DNA of 64,000 nucleotides. It comes from Felis catus (lineage: Eukaryota). Numbering within the stretch: the stretch's first letter is position 1; every line of letters begins with the position of its first letter. Below the pieces are notes generated by a model. The model was given only the letters and a program-made list of their open reading frames with translations, was not told the origin of the DNA and did no database searches. The stretch spans positions 19,470,001-19,534,000 of the forward strand of contig NC_058368.1 of NCBI RefSeq assembly GCF_018350175.1. The letters are read 5' to 3'. The position numbers and the translations under genes were made by a program. Shown here one piece after another: positions 61,351 through 64,000 of the stretch.

Positions 61351-64000
61351 ACAAATATAGAACCCAAGACATTTTCTTCTTTGCCTTAGAAAAAGTACAA
61401 AACCACATGTGTTTTCTGATGGAAGCTTTTTTTTTTTTTAATTTAAATTTTAAGAACTGAAAAACATAGTCTCACCCACAGGTAACCTCAATTTTATGTA
61501 TTAATAAATCTGCATACATACAGGTTTAGCAGCAAGACATTGATTCTTCCTCAGTGGAGGTTTTAGAGACTGACGCCAGTCCGCCTGGGTGTTTCATGTG
61601 GGATCTTTTCTTGAGTCAAACAATCTCTTCGGACCCTCCCTCCCTTAGGAACCTCTGACATCCAGGGATTTCTCAGATAAGGGTAGGGCCTGGCAGTGAC
61701 TCATTCACAATGTATTCCAGAGGATGTGGAAGGTCCCAGAACCACCGCCACCTCTCCTTGCGTCCTGCCTCCTCTTGCAAATGTAGTTGCCTTGAAATGC
61801 ATTTGCAGCTAGGAATATTGAAGGGATCAGAATGAGTGCCGGTGTTCTGCTGTAGTTTTTCTGAAGTACCAGAGACCCCGAGAGGTGACATACTAAGGGG
61901 CGAAGGCCCGACTCAGAAGCCAGCAGCCGGGCTCAGGGCTCCCGGCTGCTCCTCTGCCTCCTCCTTACTTTGCTCACTTGCTGAGGTGTTAGCCTGTTCC
62001 TTATGTGGCAGGTAAGATGTGGCTGTTTTTCCGTGTTTTTCTGCGTTTTGCTTTTCTGCGTTGCAGTCTCCTCCTGTAATTAACATGGCTAAAAGGAAAA
62101 TGTAACCTTAAATGTTGTTTTTAAAAAAATAGCCTGCTGGACTTTTGAGCCGGATTTAAATCCTAGCTGTTACTTAAGTTGCTTTGTGACCTTTGATAAA
62201 TCGGAGTCTGTTTCCACAGTAAAATGGTGATAAGAATATCTCTTTGTAGAATTATCTTGAGCATTAGAGATATAAAATGCCATCCCCATAAAATACCACT
62301 GAGAACCATTAACTATTTTCTCTTATTGGGTCTGCGTGCGTATGAAAGAACCAGGACTTGTCTGTATTTTGAAAGCTCAGGTGCGTAGAGTTGCGTGGGG
62401 TGGAAGTTATATGCTGGAAGAATTGCATGCATGTATATCATTTTTGCCTTCGAAGTTGTTAAGGGTGTCACACACCCTTCAAGGTGAAAGAAGTCTCAAG
62501 GATAAGTGGGCGAGCGGTGTCCTTAAGGTTGACGGAGATCCAAGTGAGACTAAGAGCTCTCAAAAGTGGCTCTAGCGGTCCTTGCTTTGTGCACACGGTA
62601 GAATTGCTCTTTGATTTGTGGTCACGGGCATTTTCTACAAGGCATGTCATTTCTGGGCTTTTCAATTTCAGTCTGGCTTTGAAACCTTTCATCAAAGCGT
62701 GGCACCCCATTTCCAATTTCTTCATACCAGGCTGGCCTGTCTGCACATCTTCTTTTCCTTTCCTGGCTCCATCTTGGTGAATCGACCACTTGTATTCCTT
62801 TACCCGTCTTTTCTTTTACAAGCCCTGGCACTCACAGCAAAGTCCATGTGCCCTGGGTGTCCAGAGAGTAGCAGAGAATTGAAGTTCATGTTTGGATTCC
62901 CCTCTGTGGAATTTCCCCCTCCTCCTGTGTTTCCAGTCCCTTCTAATCCTGATGCCCAGTATACTGATAGTTTGTTAAAAATTCCAAAGTTAGTTCTTCC
63001 CCAGTGTGTTGTTGGGCTTGCCAAAGAAGTAAGTCCCAGATGTCTGTTCTCAAGAAATATACAATTCAGTGAGAATTAGGCAACATTAGGGCTTCCATAA
63101 AGTTTTCCCAGGACACACTTTGTTCCCTGGACCCCCTCTCCAATGTGCCCTTAAACCTCAACGTGTTTGTTTGAATTCATTTGAGTTTCCCCCCTGACAA
63201 AGATTCTCCTCACTGAGGAATGGAATTAAAACCACACACACGTACCAATTGTCTACACTTAAAAACTATCCAAACACCCAGCAACAGTTATGAGGTTGCT
63301 TCTAAACCAGCAGAGACTTTCGTGTTTCATAAAGTTGTGTTCCGTGCAAAGCAAAGCTTTGTCTTTCGTAACTGCTTGTCTTTAGGAACCTGCCTGTCTA
63401 GAAGGGGGGGCCTCTGAGTATTGTTTGCTACAAACAAATAGCTTCTAACGCTTCTGCAAACCCTTTTGGCAGGAGCATAGAATCCATAATCCAGGGATTA
63501 AGAGCTAGCATTGTGGCCTGGGGTTTGGTGAGTTATAGCTAGATCTACCTAGGACCAAAAAAAAATAAGTTGGGTAGTAAATCATTAGGGATTTGTTTTT
63601 CCAACAGACTAGGTGATTGAGGGTTATGTCTTGTTTTAGGGAGGCCATTCTACTTATTAAGATACTGTATTAAAGCAAGTGTCCTTGAATATCATAGTTT
63701 TTCTTTTAGCTTTTTCAATTAATTATTTAATACCGGTTACAATCAAGTCACGGTTCTGGATCTCCTTTTACTCCTGTGTGTGTGGTTTTTTTTCTTTAAT
63801 TTTCAGTTTTAAACTAATTATTTTTTAGAATTTGGTAATGTGTGCGCGTTGTACAATAGGTTATACGTTGAAAAATAACTCTTCCTCCCCTCTCCTTGCC
63901 TCCGCCCCTGATCCTCCTCAGACTCTGTACCAGTTTCTTATGCCTTCTCCCAGAGCCCGTCCATGTATATACAAGTAGCTATGGGGATAATACTCCTTTG

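Noticed and set aside
62336..63079. Cluster of 70-150-aa ORFs near the window end
   Set aside because: No recognisable protein similarity or coherent exon signals; intronic chance ORFs.
57000..64000. Search for ATP7B exon 2 (ILSKLS...FAFDNVGYE, GMTCxxC metal-binding domains)
   Set aside because: Not found in any frame; it must lie beyond the window end.

Overview
Mammalian genomic DNA from a felid: the young SINEs match the feliform SINEC_Fc consensus. The window covers the NEK5-ALG11-ATP7B locus. It holds the last three coding exons of NEK5 (+; 518-655, 6710-6815, 14362-14623). ALG11 is complete on the - strand (34043-34086, 27889-28119, 23292-24223, 20512-20783; 1479 nt = 492 aa + stop, all introns GT-AG). 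A CpG-island bidirectional promoter is shared by ALG11 and ATP7B. ATP7B coding exon 1 is at 35072-35122 (+), followed by about 29 kb of intron 1; exon 2 lies beyond the window. The most interesting element is about 21 kb inside ATP7B intron 1: an apparent second promoter with six metal-response-element cores in 341 bp (one a perfect 12/12 match), tandem FOXA sites and a CCAAT palindrome. It sits directly upstream of an intact alternative first coding exon (72 aa, phase-0 donor) that resembles the long N-terminus I recall for sheep ATP7B. By eye, the canonical promoter contains no perfect MRE core. The rest is dense interspersed repeat (about 30 CanSINEs, L1, L2, MIR, MaLR/ERV LTRs, Charlie1/MER20). 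Repeat family names and all comparisons to other species are from recall, not from database searches.
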